Origin: Lama guanicoe
Taxonomy: Eukaryota
Direction of reading: 5' to 3'
Assembly: GCA_013239625.1 (NCBI GenBank)
Contig: MU053810.1
Location: 2,491,518-2,555,517, forward strand
Length of the DNA: 64,000 nucleotides
Each line of letters begins with the position of its first letter. The first letter of the stretch is position 1. The position numbers and the translations under genes were made by a program. The notes under the pieces were generated by a model that was not told where the DNA came from, searched no databases, and saw only the letters and a list, made by a program, of their open reading frames with translations. Below, in pieces: positions 1-16,070 of this stretch.

Positions 1-126
1 GTACCAAGGATTTCAAAAAACGCTTAGATATAAGATGGCCCACTCTAAAGTCACCCCACCACAGATAATAGATAGGGAGGCTCAGCCCTGAAACAAAAAT
101 CCATAAAAATTTCATACATAAGACTC

Positions 127-319
127 CAGTGGTGCACTGCTTTAAAATTCAGAGTCCCAGGCCCATCCTCATAGATGCTGTTTTAGACCATCTCCTAGGA
201 TGAGATCCAGGAATCTGCATTTTTAACCAGCACCCCTGCCCCCTCCCCACACACACACACATACACACACACACGATCCTGCTGCATCTATTCAGACACT
301 TACCCTTTGAGAAACACTG
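127..319. mobile_element. MER5-like hAT-Charlie DNA transposon relic with an internal (CA)n tract
   Basis: CAGTG...CACTG ends. Contains the MER5-type motifs 'ccaggaatctgcatttttaaccagcacccc' and 'tttgagaaacactg'. (CA)n at about 248-273. Confidence 0.7.
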
Positions 320-864
320 CCCTAAAAGACGGGGTGATTCCCAGACCCTCACGCTTGATCCCACCTGACAATCTGCATTCATAAGCCTATGGTGAGCCAC
401 AAGACCTTAAAACAAAAAAGTAGAATGTCAGAGGCAAACACTGGCAGTGGCCCCTTGGTCTGGGCTGAAGAGAGAGAGACATGATCTAACCCAGCAACTC
501 CCCCTGCCTGGGCAGAACGGCAAGTATCTCCCGTTGTGGAGATGGATGCATCAGATCATCTTAGCCTGGCATCATTAAGCATCTGAATTATAAAACAAAC
601 TCCCCCTGTTCCAATTTATGTGGTCACTAAGCAACTTTTTCTTATAGAATTTGACTTCCCATAAAACATGCCTTTGCTGTTGGCCAAAGACTGCTAGTAT
701 CCAGTCCCTTTGGCCCTTTTAGTAATGAGAAATTGGCAGTTACTTCGGCTTTTCCGTCATTCTTTGAGTTTGGTTCATGGGACTCCACCCTTGAGAAACA
801 TTCCACTCTCCACAATTCATGGATTGATAAATTAGGTGTCTGTGCTTCCAAGGCTTAGGAGTAC

Positions 865-1002
865 AGTATTACATGATTGGTTGACTCTGTGGATGTGAAA
901 CCATGGAGACCATGGGCCAACAATGGGAACTGAGCATCCATGGATTTTGGTATCCACAGTGCATCCTGGAACCAATCCCCGAAGGATACCAGGGGTGTCA
1001 GT
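865..1002 (-). mobile_element. MER2/Tigger-like DNA transposon fragment
   Basis: 'gagcatccatggattttggtatccacag...cctggaaccaatcccc..ggatacc' is the reverse complement of the MER2 terminal consensus as I recall it. Confidence 0.7.
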
Positions 1003-1443
1003 GCCCTGAATCCCCCTCATTGTTCAATGATCAACTGCATTCTAGTTTTCAGCTTATGTATACTCCCACGTTGTATGCTCCCTGCCATACTTCCAGAGGC
1101 AGGAAACAGGTTTATTCATCTCTGATATTTCAAGGATACCCAAGATATATTATTGAATGAAAAGTGTAAAATGCAAGGTAAAAACTGTAGAGACAGAAAT
1201 GCCATTTATTCGTGTTTGTAAATTTCATATATATGCATGTATACGCATTCAAAATTTTTAGAAGGATAAACAAGAGACCATTATCAGGATTTACCTCTGG
1301 GGATGGGTGGGGAGGAAGGAGAGGAGACTTCAACTGTTTCTATTTTATGTTTTACCATGTCATGCATTAAATTTATAATTAAAAATAATTTAAAAGAAAG
1401 TTATATACATGATAGTATAGTAATGTTAAGATCACTCATCTGA

Positions 1444-4116
<2,673 letters not shown>

Positions 4117-4489
4117 GGGTCACTCATCTGAAAATATAGATCAAAAGAGGAAATTTGAGAATCTCTAAATCTAATCCAGTTGAGCAGGGCATAGGGAACA
4201 TGACTCTAACCCAAGAAGCCTGCAGCTTAGACCACTTTGATGAGGATGTTTTAGCACAAGAAGGAGACTCAGCATGGAGACCAGAAAAATCGGAGCCTCA
4301 AAGAGGAAGAATGGTCAGTGTTTGCCCAGTACCATCCAGGTAGAGAGCCACTAGCTATGAGAACATAAACACGCTGGTTTCTTAGAGCTGGACACCATTG
4401 TGGGCAAGGAGCAGTTGACCAGATTCACCACCATCTGAATGGAACATTCTTCATGACTACTCAAATTCCTTTACTCTAATTTCATGCTC

Positions 4490-4850
4490 ATCAAGTTACA
4501 CTAGCTGCTGTAATGGGTAATCCTGAGACTGCAGTGGTTTAAAGCCATAAAGTTTCATGTCTCTGTCATGTCACATCCCAAGGATGGTTGGAGCACAGGT
4601 AGGCTCTGCTCCACACAGTCATTCAGGGACTCAGGATATTAATATTTTGGTACTACACTCCCCTGAGTCTTTGGAGTATTGTCCATCAAGCAAGTGGCTG
4701 GGGAGGGAGAGGGTAGAGAAAGTACAGCCACTCTTCAGACTCCTGGCTCAGAGGTAACACCTCACTTTTACTCTCATTCCAATGGAGAGAACTCCTCATG
4801 CAGCCCAGAAAGGGGAAAACATGGACACAGGTGAGCATCAAGCAATTTTC
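4490..4850 (-). mobile_element. Old MLT1-type (MaLR) LTR fragment
   Basis: 'ctagctgctgtaa...cagtggtttaaa...aagtttcatgtctctgtcatgtcacatcc' and 'cacttttactctcattccaatgg' resemble MLT1J/K reverse-strand motifs. Confidence 0.5.
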
Positions 4851-7683
4851 AATGATTAATTTGGTTTGTCTGGTATCTAAATCTAGAAAAGAGGAGACTT
4901 GAACAATGTATATAAGCATTTCTATCACTAGGGAGCTATGTCTCCCATCTTAAACTAACACATCATCTTTTTAGTTTAGAATTCTCTGTGTCATGACTTT
5001 TCTTTTACTGCAACTTATTCCCTAAGAACTTATTCAACTCTAGATACATTCAAAAGATAAAAGTTTCTGAATGTGTAAACCTGAAGACATAACTTTGGAC
5101 CAATGGTGGTCTCACCAGGACATTGCAAACCTGTGTTTTACCAACAAAGCAGTGAAAGTAAAAACTGGGAGATGAGCACTGATGTAGAAGAAAAGAAAAA
5201 ACAACACTTAGAAAACAAAAATCAAATGCAGTGTGGGGACCTTGTTTCAGTACTAATTGAAAAAAACTGTAAAAATGCATGTTAGAAGAGATGAGGAAAA
5301 TTCATTCCTTCCCTAGAAGAGCATCCATGGAGGAGAGGTGGCCAGGCTGGAGGGGAGAGCGCATGCCTACAGGCTGAGCAAATGCTACGGTCCTTTGCTT
5401 GGAAGACACCACATCAGGCTGTCGTTTCAGGGAGTTCACTCAGTTGCTGAGCAGAGGGTGGGCTTGAAGAGAAGGTGCCAAAGAAGTGGGGCCAAACTGG
5501 AGCCTATAACAAGAGTCTAGATGAAAAAATGAGGAGGTCCCAACCTCAGGCAAGGGGTATTAGAAGGGACTGTATGGAGAAAGAGACTGAAAATCAACAT
5601 ATTTAGAAGAGGAAAAAAGGGACTCCATGATCAAATTTCTTCACATCTTGCTCATCTTAACAGTCCAGTTTGGGATTTTCCGGTGGGTTTACTTCCATTC
5701 CAGACTGGCGATGGCAGTTCTTCAATACAGGGCTTCCACGGTTGCTGGAGTTGTAGCAAACCAGACTGCAAGAAAGGGGAGCAGAGTTGAGTCCAGGGCC
5801 AAGCGAATCAGGAGTTGCTCCCAACGCTTCTGCGCATGTTCCGTTGGTGAGAGCTATCATGTGGCCACGTTTTGCTGTGAAGTCAGGAGGGGAGCTGGGA
5901 AATGCAGTCCCTAGAAAGCAGCTAAGATTCCCCATGACCATTCTAATACTAGGGAAGAACTGGGGAACAGAGTTTGATAGACAGCTAGCAGTCTCCATTC
6001 CTGGTCTTCTCCACCTAGTAATGCCTTTATGGGTAATCACTGACTCCTTTTTTTTTGTTTCTATTTTTGCAAAACAAGCTACCCAGCCTATTGCTAGACT
6101 AGATGAGTGTTTATTCCAAATTGTGATTAATATATGAGAATTGAGGGCTTAACCTTATATGATAAAAATTACCATTACCTTGTTACTGTATAATCTGTTT
6201 TCTGGATTTATTGATACTATATGGATACTGAAATAACTAGACATTAATAGGCAGTGCACATATTTGATATATCTTTGATTTTCTCCGTTTTAGGATAGTA
6301 CTTAATTCTTTAAGTATGTATATCAGTATGGGAAGCAAAATAGTTGTAAGCAAATACAATGATATATAAGAAAGAAATATAAGGATTGTATTTCATTTAT
6401 TAGATTTCTACTATTTTCAGTGGCAGTATACAGAAAACAATTTTTAAGTTATGAAAAATACTTTGAAAAAGACTCCTTTAATTACACCATAGATTTTTTT
6501 TCTCTTCAGGCAATTATGATACTGTGCATTTTCTTACCGTAATTCAATTCTTCCCTTTTCCTTATATTTTTCTAATGTATCTTTAAATTATTTTCAAGTA
6601 CAAAATTGCTTTGCAAAAATACCTACATACTGTGTGGGATAATCATTATCGTTTTTTTCTCCACTACCTTCTCATCACATTAAAAAAGCCAAGAGTGACA
6701 TAACAGTTGCCAAAGAGACAAAAACCATCTCAGTTGTCTCTAGGCTGGGATGGCTCATGGCTTGCTGTTACTAAAAGCAAATAAGATACAAATATAAATA
6801 AATAAGAAGCTGTGCTGTTGTTTAGTTGGAAGGAAAGTTTGGGGCACATGCAAGGTTCAAGATGACCTTCAAAGAGATCACAATGTCAGCATCCCAGCCA
6901 GTCACACACAAGGGGATAAAATGTAGACTGACAGTTAAAATCTTTTTTCTCCCAGTAATCTGCACCATCCTTGTCATAAACAGAAACAACAGCACGGGAA
7001 ATATCTGGTCCTTTCACCACTGGTGGTTGCCAGTTCCAACGTGGCTAATTGCTAGAGTTTCTGAAAAACAAGGAGTATTTCAGAAACCTCATTATGAGAA
7101 GAGATATTTGCAATTTACAGGTCAATGACGTAAGCATCGTACATGCCCAGATGTGACCAGGTCTCTGTTACGTGAACTCTGGCAAGTTAAACAGGCCGTG
7201 TCTTATCCTATGAAGCACCTAAGAATGCCATAAGCTCACCACAATGGCTGGGAGGCACCAGAGCTGACCCTCAGGGGAAAAGGTTTGAGAACAGACATGA
7301 AGGATTCTCCCTAACCCACAATGTTATCATTGCAGTTTTAACAAGATAAATTAAATACTCTACACTTTAATTCTCCATGAACTCACTTCAAAGTTTATTG
7401 CACTGAATTCCCTGATACTCTGTGCGAGGTGCCTGGGATGCAGTTTAGGAGGGAGATAGTTACATAGACAGATGATGACAGAACCTGAGGAGGAATCTAA
7501 GCCAAATTCCAGAGAAGGAGTCAAGATATCTGCCTGAAGACAGGAAGGGCTCCCAGCCATGGATGCTGGAGCCGAGGCAGAGAGTGAGGGATTCCACTAG
7601 CTTAGATTGAACCCAGAAAACACTTGGAAATTTGCACATGACTTGCAGGATAACAAGTGGGATTTATTTTTGCATACATGCAC

Positions 7684-8080
7684 ATATAGCATCTGCTAGG
7701 GCTGCCATAAGAAAATACAATAAACTGGGTGGCTTAAACAACACAAATGTATTTTCTCACCACCCCGGAAGTAGGAAGTCAAAGATTCAGGTGCCAGTGG
7801 GGTTGGGTTCCTCTGAGGCCTCTCTCTGCAGTGTGACACCCTCTTGCTGCCTCATCACGTGGTCATCCCTCTGTGCAAATACGCCCCTGGTGTCTCTCTG
7901 TGTATCCTAACCTCCTTTCATAGGGACACCAGTCATGCTGGATTAGGGCCCACCCTAATGGCCTTGTTTTAACTTAAGTACCTCTTTAAATGCCCTATTT
8001 TCAAATAGAGTCACCTTCTGAGGTACTGGGGGTTAGGGCTTCCCCATATGAACTGTAGGGGCACATAATTCCGTGTACAA
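7684..8080 (-). mobile_element. MLT1 (MaLR) solo LTR
   Basis: 'gctagggctgccataagaaaatacaataaactgggtggcttaaacaac...tattttctcac', 'ggattagggcccaccctaatg', 'ttctgaggtactgggggttaggg'. Confidence 0.85.
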
Positions 8081-8129
8081 AAAATACATATGTCTGTATA
8101 TATTTAAGTAGAATTTAACCTTCCACAAC

Positions 8130-8270
8130 CCAGGATGCTGCTGCTGTTCCATTGTACAGAGGAGGAACTAATGCTCAGAAAGTTTAACAATTCACCCAGC
8201 ATCACACAGTTGTGTCAAGAACTGTAAAGGACTGCCTGCCCACAAAGTCCCTGCTTTTACCACCAAACAA
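8130..8270. mobile_element. MIR SINE fragment
   Basis: MIR core 'ccattgtacagaggaggaactaatgctcagaaagtttaacaattcacccagcatcacacag'. Confidence 0.65.
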
Positions 8271-8669
8271 TTCTTTGAAGGGAGAGAAAAATAAGTACCA
8301 GTTGTGAAAATTCTTCTGTGTTACTTGGTCTCCATTCGCACACTCAACTGTGGCATTCATCTGACCCAACATTTATGGTGTACACACTACATATCCCAAG
8401 GAATGGCTTTGAAGTTGTGACTCTTCCATGAGAAAGTTGCAGAATTAAACTGGAAATAATTTTAGTATCTGTAAGAATTGTGTACTTCATCCAGACAGGG
8501 ACTCTGTGGTGGGAGGGTGGGAGGAATACAGAATTCTGTCAAGTTCAAGGATCTTTAGATGTAAGAGAAAAGACTAGCATGCAAAATCCAACCAAAGGAT
8601 GTGGGCTTATGTAAACTGTTAAGAGATAGAAGATTGGTAACATGTAACTTGAATCTAAAGGACCTAGAA

Positions 8670-8760
8670 GGGGTTGGAGGAATAGCTCAGTGGTAGAGCA
8701 TGTGCTCGGTGTGCACAAGGTCCTGGGTTCAATCCCCATGTATCTCCTTTTAAAAGAAAA
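8670..8760 (+). mobile_element. tRNA-Ala-derived SINE (camelid vic-1-like)
   Basis: A box TAGCTCAGTGG, B box GGTTCAATCCC, A-rich tail. Same family as the other copies in the window. Confidence 0.85.
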
Positions 8761-9879
8761 GATACAGAATTTCTGTGTCCACCTTCTTTAAGTTTTGGAG
8801 TCACTGACATAGCAGCTAGACTCAGGTCAGGGTACTCCTATCATGTTGCAGACATGGATTCTCCCTGCAAAAATAATATCTTGGGAAGGCAATCCCTAAC
8901 TGTGATTGTCCTTTGGCAGGAAGCATATGGCGGATTTAGAATTAAGCATCAAAATGTTTGAGAGAATGAAACTTGTATCACTAATGGCTTGGTATTAAAG
9001 AATCTGTACATATTAATAGAACAGTACTCATAATACTTAAAAGATTTTGGCCTTTTAAAGTTATTTGTCAATCTTATAATTCCTATTTGATATACATACT
9101 CAAAGAATTAATTTAGACTTTGAATTTTGAATTGAAATTTTAGGAAGTTTGCATATAATATTAGCACTTAGAACTAAGGCTGACCATATTTATGTGCTTA
9201 ATTATCGGGTGTGCAGGAATTAAAACATTTAGGAAGGTTTAACAGCCAGCCATCTGAAGTACTTAAAAAGGGAATCAACATATTTATTGGTCATAATTGC
9301 AGTTTCAAATTTGTAAAAGCTTAGATTTGTAAATGGGACCAAATATTAAAGCCTTTGCTGTAAGTGATGAGATTTGTTAAATTTATAAATAAAATAAGAT
9401 TTCTAAACTGACCTTAGGAGAAAGAACTTGATCTTTGGATATGTAGCCTAAATGAATGATAGTTTCTAAAATCAGAGTTTAAGCCCCCAAATGAGCTTCT
9501 CGGTGGACAAGACTATCCTCAGAGACACCAAAAGTCTTTTTATTTAATACCAGGTACGCTATGAGGCACAGAGGTAAAATGATGAGAAGGTAAAATGCTC
9601 GTGTAACCCCAGGTAAGCCTAGCAGGGAAGAGCCGACAGTCGCGAGGCACTGGTGGCTGTGACAGAGACGCGCACCAGCACGGCTGGACCCTGACTAACG
9701 GGGCATCTGTGCCGGGAGGCGGAGAGGCAGCTGCACGGGGAACTGAGGACGAGCCTGGGTCCGCCCAGCAGGTCAAGTGGGGAAGGGGGCACAGTTCCCG
9801 CGGGGGCGGAGAATCGTGACAGCCACTGCTACGAGTAGCCCTGCATTCCTGAGCCAGACAGACCTCGAGCGAGAGCGGG

Positions 9880-10570
9880 CAGACGTACAGATGAAGTGCG
9901 ATAAGAAGGCAGAGGCTGGATCATGAAGGGACTTGTGTCCCGGGGAAAGGCGTCTCTGTTTTAACCCGTAGGCAGTGGTGAGACATTAAAGAATTTCCAT
10001 CAGATTTGATCCAATTTGCCTGTTACAGGGTTCACGCTGGGAAAACGAAAGTGCACCGAGATGAAAGACAGGAAGACGACTGAAGTCTGCGTAAGAGATA
10101 CTGGAGAGGGAGCGGGAAAATAAAAGCAGAAAACAGAAGACCAGGCTAAGGGCAAAATTAGTACCTAACGTATGTTCTCTTGGGCCATGTACACCTTGCT
10201 GCAAAATGTATCAAATTGAAGAACAGAAGGGAAGGGAGGAGGGAGGGAGGCTGAGTCAGGAAGTGAGAGGCTTGGGCTGGAGGTAGGCTTTAGGCATCAA
10301 AAACAAATAGATGGTAATCGAAGCCATGGGTATAAATGAGGTTTCCCAGTGAGAGCATGTAGAAGACAGGCGAGAGAGCGGGGCTAAGGATGAAAGGGGG
10401 CAAAGTCCACACTGAAAGTGCAGGAAGCAGAAGAGGAATCAGGTCAAGGTGACTGAGAAAGTTCAGCCCCAGAGAGAGGAGGTAATCCTGAGACTGAGGG
10501 GTCATGGTCTCAAGTGAGGGGAGGCTTGAAGAAGGTGGAGGAAAGTGAACTCGGACGCTGCTAGAGAGAC
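9880..10570 (-). mobile_element. L2 LINE fragment
   Basis: Purine-rich L2 motifs 'ggctggatcatgaagggacttg' and 'gatggtaatcgaagccatgggtataaatgaggtttcccagtgagagcatgtaga'. Confidence 0.6.
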
Positions 10571-11456
10571 TTGCAAGACAAAGACAGTACAGTGAGGCTC
10601 TGTCCAGCGAGCATGTGAAGATCCTCCCACGCTGACCTTTGTAACATTTCTGATAAAATTATAAAGGGGAAAGGAGTTTCCTCTGCCTTCCAGTTGCCGC
10701 TTCTGTTCTCCTTATCGGCCCATTAAACTCCGAGACCAACAGTCATTTGTCAGTGAGCCCTTCTATAGCGTTTGACCCCCAGTGACCACCTCTGCCTGAA
10801 GAAACTCTGCCCTCCTCTGGCTTCTGTGATTTAGCCCTTTTGTGGCTTTTCCCTCCTCCTCCCCTCTCCTTTCTTCTTTTCTTCTTTCTGTCACCCCTTC
10901 TCTGCAGGCATTTCTCAAGGCTCAGGGTTCACGCCTCTGTTGGCCTTGCTCTCTGCTCCTGGAATAATTCTGTTGGAATGATTCTGTTGGACTGATTTCA
11001 TTCCCTTCTTCAGTTATAATTTTTTTGCCGATATTTCCTGGAAACCACAAAACATTGCTATTGTGGTCATTCAGTACATCCTTCCAGGGAAAGGACTGCT
11101 AGATGCACGTGTCCTCCATCCAGCATCACAGACACAAGGGCTGCACATCTCTCTTCCATTATGCCCCTGTTCTCTTTTTTTATTATTATTTTTAAGTAGT
11201 TCTAGGCAGCTTGGTGCTTCCAAGCTTTGGGACCATTGGCAGGAATAATAATGACTTATCCAACTGCAGCGACAAATCCAACCACACAACCACCATTTCT
11301 GCAAGTGAGCTGAAAATTACGTATGGTCCTGCCTGCTAGGACTCACCCTGAGAATACACTAGACGTGCCAAGAAATCACATTGTCGGCACCACCCATACA
11401 AGCGGGTTACACAGCATTGGCCTCTTATTTCTATAAAAATTGGTTCTACAATTTTA

Positions 11457-11620
11457 TGATATTTCCTCGCTTCTGAGACTTAACATACTTTTCACATTAT
11501 TACTTCTCAGAAATCGAAATACGTCTTACAATTATAGTTAGCAGCACTTCCTTATTTACTGGAATGTGAAATAATGAGGTGTCTTACAAGCTATGGCATC
11601 ACAGATCTGATGCAATTTGG
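11457..11620. mobile_element. MER104-like Tc2/mariner MITE
   Basis: 'atacttttcacattattacttctcagaaatcgaaatacgtcttacaat' ... 'ataatgaggtgtcttacaagctatggcatcacagatctgatgcaatttgg', with degenerate terminal inverted repeats. Confidence 0.65.
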
Positions 11621-11669
11621 GTCCTTAAAGGACAAGATGCAAAAGTAAATTGGTCTCACTCTGGGAGGA

Positions 11670-11900
11670 AATAAGTGCAGTGATTAAAAGGTGGACTTAG
11701 AAATCACAGACTAAATTCCAGCTCTGACACTTAACTAGCTCTAATAACTTGCAAAAGTTGCTTAATCTCTCTGAGACTCCATTTTCTAACATGAAAAACT
11801 GGACTGAGGGACTAACAGTGTCTGTTCCACAAAGTTTCATGAGATGGAAACATTGTGTGATGTGCTTTAAATAGTGCCTGGCACCTGGTAAACACCCAGA
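11670..11900. mobile_element. MIR SINE
   Basis: 'aattccagctctgacacttaactagct...aagttgcttaatctctctgagactccattttct...aatagtgcctggcac'. Confidence 0.7.
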
Positions 11901-12976
11901 ACATCAGCTGCGACCCTGTCTTCTTGCTTTTTCTCTTCTTGCTTTTTCAGAAGGAAAAGCGGCAAGAAGCATGGAAACAATGTTGAATTCTTATTTTGAA
12001 TGAACTAAGCAAACAACGCTCTCACCGCTCCAATGAGAGAGAAAGAAAAAGTAAATAGCCTGCAACTCAGAGTTGAATCAATAGGCTAAGAAGGTTCTCA
12101 TGCTTGTAAATTATGAGCAGAGTTTCCACAGATGATAGATAGATCGGGGCTGCACCTTCTCCCCTACTTACAGCCAGATGAAGCATATGTAACCATTAAC
12201 CCAGATTCACCCAGGAGGAGATTACCTTCCCTCTGTAAGAGCCAAGTCTGGCTACTGCTGCTACCAAGGTCATCACCTTAGTCAGTCAAAGTGAGGTATT
12301 TACCAAAATGTTTATTTTTCTTCTAAGGGAGAAATTATAAAACTGTATACAGCATAGTCTGGTTTTAGTAAATACACATATAGTCATAGAAAAGTCACTG
12401 AAAAGATGTATACCAAGATGCTAACTGGACAGTAGGATTATGAAACATCTGTATTTTCTTCTTTTCGTTATATTTTTTAATTTGTCAGTAATTGAAATGA
12501 TTGCTTTGTAAAAAAAAAAATTTTTTTTTCTTAATCTTTTTCTTTTATAAAATGAAAAAGGGTGTGCTTTGTTTTCAACAGGATTTAGGAGAAATTCTCC
12601 TTAGTTGATATCCCAGAGGTTATTTTTATGAATTTAAACACATTAGTATTTCTTATGAAGGCTATTAAAAAGCCCCCAAAAGGCTATTGCAGGATTGACA
12701 CATAGGGGTGATAAATTCATACTAACTAATGAAAAGTTCACTCTAGCAGTTCAGAGTAAAAGAGAATTTTCTAAGCAGACATAAGTGAACCCATTGTAGA
12801 AGAGACAAAATAATCAGTTTACACAAACACAGCTTGATAAACTAGTTTATTTTGGAGTATGAAGAATTGTTTTTTTAAAAAAATTGTATAGCAATGCAAA
12901 GTGATGTTAGTATCTGTCACCCGGCATGTCTCAGCAAATAGACAAATGGCAGTAGTAGCTTCCTTCCTAAGCTTGT

Positions 12977-13345
12977 CTGTATTAGTTCATGTGTGAGCTA
13001 AGCTGCTGTAACAAAGAGACTCCAAAATGATGACTCAAACAATACAGTGTATTCCCCTCTCCTGTGGTCCAGGTAAGGAAGTGATTAAGGGAAGTGGGTG
13101 GTCCAGAGTGGTGAAGCAGCTCTGCTCCAGCACACTGTCTCATTGTTCTACCGTGCAGGAGGGTGGTACCCTCACCTGTGTGGTCAGACTCGCTCACCTT
13201 CACATCTGCATCCCTTCCCAAAGGAAGGGAAGGAAGAGGAAGTAGAAGGCAAGCCATTTCTCTTTGAGAAGGTGATGTGGAAGTTGCCCACATCATGTTG
13301 ACTCACAGCCAGCAGTGAGGACCTGGGTCATATAGCCCACCTGCT
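12977..13345 (-). mobile_element. Old MLT1-type LTR
   Basis: Begins 'tgtattagtt...agctaagctgctgtaacaaagagactccaaaat...actcaaacaa'. Confidence 0.6.
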
Positions 13346-13579
13346 ACCCAAAAGTCTAGTTACCATCCTCTCTACCGGCTAATGCTCAGGAAAAGGGATA
13401 TACACAACTAAAAGAAGAGAAAGGATTGGAGGCTAGCAAAATTGTTGCAATTTCTACTGCAAAGAGTAATTTTTAATGGCATATTTCTGTCTTGAAATTT
13501 TGCATTCTTCTCTGTCCACCCGGTTTCAAAATACAACTGATAAACTTTTCAGGTACAGCAGCCAAGCAGCGCTGGCAGC

Positions 13580-13765
13580 CGCCAGCACCATTTCCTTGCT
13601 GAAAGAGGCAAGGGATGGATTCTCCCCTAGAGCCTCCCGAGGCAGGGAATCTCTGCCAACACCTTGGTTTCAGCCCAATGACACTTCTGGCCTCCAGGAC
13701 TGTGAGAGAATAAATTCCTGCTGTTTTGAGCCACCTCAGTAATTTTACAGCAGGAAATTAATACA
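13580..13765 (+). mobile_element. MLT1 (C/D-like) LTR 3' fragment
   Basis: 'gaggcaagg...gattctcccctagagcctcc...ccaacaccttggtttcagccc...ttctggcctccaggactgtgagagaataaattcctgctgttttgagccacc...aattaataca'. Confidence 0.85.
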
Positions 13766-15399
13766 ATGCCATTATCTTTGATTTTAGTCTTGCAAGTTTT
13801 TTCATAGCCATAGCCCTTGGCCAAAATGTTCCAACCTGATTCTAATATTACCTAGAAACTGGAGCTAGCAACTTGAATTTGGCTGAGCATTTACCTAAGA
13901 AAAATAAATCTCTACATCTCTCTAGGCAAAAGGAGTGGGTTATAATTGATATTCAGTTTCATAAAAATCAGTATAAACACGGGTGCCCTGGTTGGGGAAT
14001 TGGGGGTTGGAAAGAGAGAAGAAAATTCCCAAAGTTCATTTTCACTCATTAACTCATTCAGTAAATATTCACTGGACACCTGCCATGGGCCAGGCACTGA
14101 GCTCAGAACTGGGGAAACAATGATGTATAAGATAACGTTCCTCAGAAGACTTCATCTAGTTTCGTTCTCAGTGAAAGAGAGAAAAGGAAAAAAAGCCTAA
14201 AATGGAATAAATAAATTTGAGAAGTCCACTTTATCAAAAGATGCAGGAAAACACCTGAAATGCTTAGTAACACTTTGCCAAACATTTTAATATTGTCCAC
14301 AAACAAAACTAATGTTTTATGAAAAAAGAAAACCTCCCTGAATGTGGAAATTAAGCCAGGAAAAGGTCAGCATATCACCTGAAACAGAACAAGCCCCCAG
14401 GCCAGAAACAGAAATGAAACATCCCAAAACACAAGACATTATAAGGGAATGTGAAGGTGGAGCAGATGCATTTGCTTTCTGTTACCTCGTGTTTTGCAAA
14501 GGATCTCAAGATCCTATAAAAGACAAAAAACATGGGTAGAGTTTCTTAATTTATGAAGCTGAACTCATTTTAGCAGCTGAGTCAAAGGAATTAAAAACTG
14601 AACTATCACACTCACTCATCTACCTAAAACAATTTTTCTATATTTAAAGCCTATCATAATCCAAATTCTACTAGAGGTTTAAAAAGTCTGAAGCTGCCAC
14701 AATGACCTTCATATATGGAGGGTAGGGGAGTCATAATAATCAAGGGGGCAAACCCAGATTGCACAAGGGATTCAACTACATAATCAAATTATCCAGTTCA
14801 AAGGGCAAGTTGTATAATGCAAGACCATAAAGGGAAAGAAAAGCCCCCCTGTATTGCTCAGTAAGTCTGCGGCTTCATATTTTCCTGTGAAATTGCCTTG
14901 ATTCTTCATGTTATTTTGCATTTTTTTAGACACAATCGGCGGGCAGCTTTTCATTGGAGAGTGGCAAAGTGACACGCATTCTTGCTAAAGAAATCTAATA
15001 TCACACATCCTGACAAATCTCTTCGGACTTTCCTCACTTCATTCAAAGATTCAGAAGTGTCTGACAGGCTGGTAGGCAGGCCAGCAGGAACCTTATTTGC
15101 CTGAGGGTCTGAATAACTTCCTGGGAAATTCTGCCACCCAAGGGAAGCGCTCAGAGGTCAGGCGTAAGCTTGGCCCAGGAACAATGCCTCCCTGGTCCCA
15201 GAGGAAGGGTGATTCTGAGTGCAGCCTGCTCTGTGAATTAGATTTGTCCAGCAGCCCAGCCCCCATGGACGCAGGTCAGAATCCTAGAGAGGGACAGAAA
15301 TAAACACCAACAGCACTTTCAACTAAAATTTGCTGATCCACTGTAACATCACTGAAAGGGAGTAGCCAGATGTTACACGTCGCATAATGAGAAGCCTTA

Positions 15400-16070
15400 G
15401 AAAATTCGCTGCCCCCCAGATACTGACAATAATGACTGAAGCAGAATCCAGTCAAGACCCTGGACTCATTATTGCCACTTTCCAGGAAACGCAGGGAACA
15501 GAGCAGCATTTTGAACTACATCACGAGGATGCAGTCAGCCACATCCAGTGTGTGGAAAACTCCACGGGAAAAATGACCAGCTTCTTTCAATGAATACATC
15601 ATTTTTAAAAGGAGTAGTGGAAATTAGTGTTGATGACAAGAGACTCAAGAGACACAACCAAATACATGTGTGGATCTTCTTTAGATCCTGATCCAAACAA
15701 ACCATATGTACAAAGACATTTTCGAGACAATTGGAGAAAATGGAACATGGACTGAGAATTAGACAATATATTAAGAATTTGTTATTTTGTATTTTTTAAG
15801 GTATGGTAATGTTATTGTCTTTATTGGGGAAAGAGTCCCCTCCTTTCTAAAGAGCATAATGAAGTACTTAAGAGTAAAATAATATAATGTCTGGAATCTG
15901 CTTTAAAATAGTCCAGCGGCGGGGGTGGGGTAGATGATGAAGAAGAGTAAAGTAGGTAGATAAAATAAAAACAATAAACTATTGATTATTATTGCAGCTG
16001 GCTAATGTCAACAGGTGATTCATTATACTAGTCTGTGTTTGAAGTTTCTACAAACTAGAATTTCCAAAAA
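15400..16070 (+). mobile_element. Old L1 (L1MC/ME-like) 3' fragment
   Basis: 'agagactcaagagacacaaccaaatacatgtgtggatctt...gatcctgatccaaacaaacc...aaagacattttcgagacaattggagaaa' and 'aatataatgtctggaatctgctttaaaata'. Confidence 0.6.
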
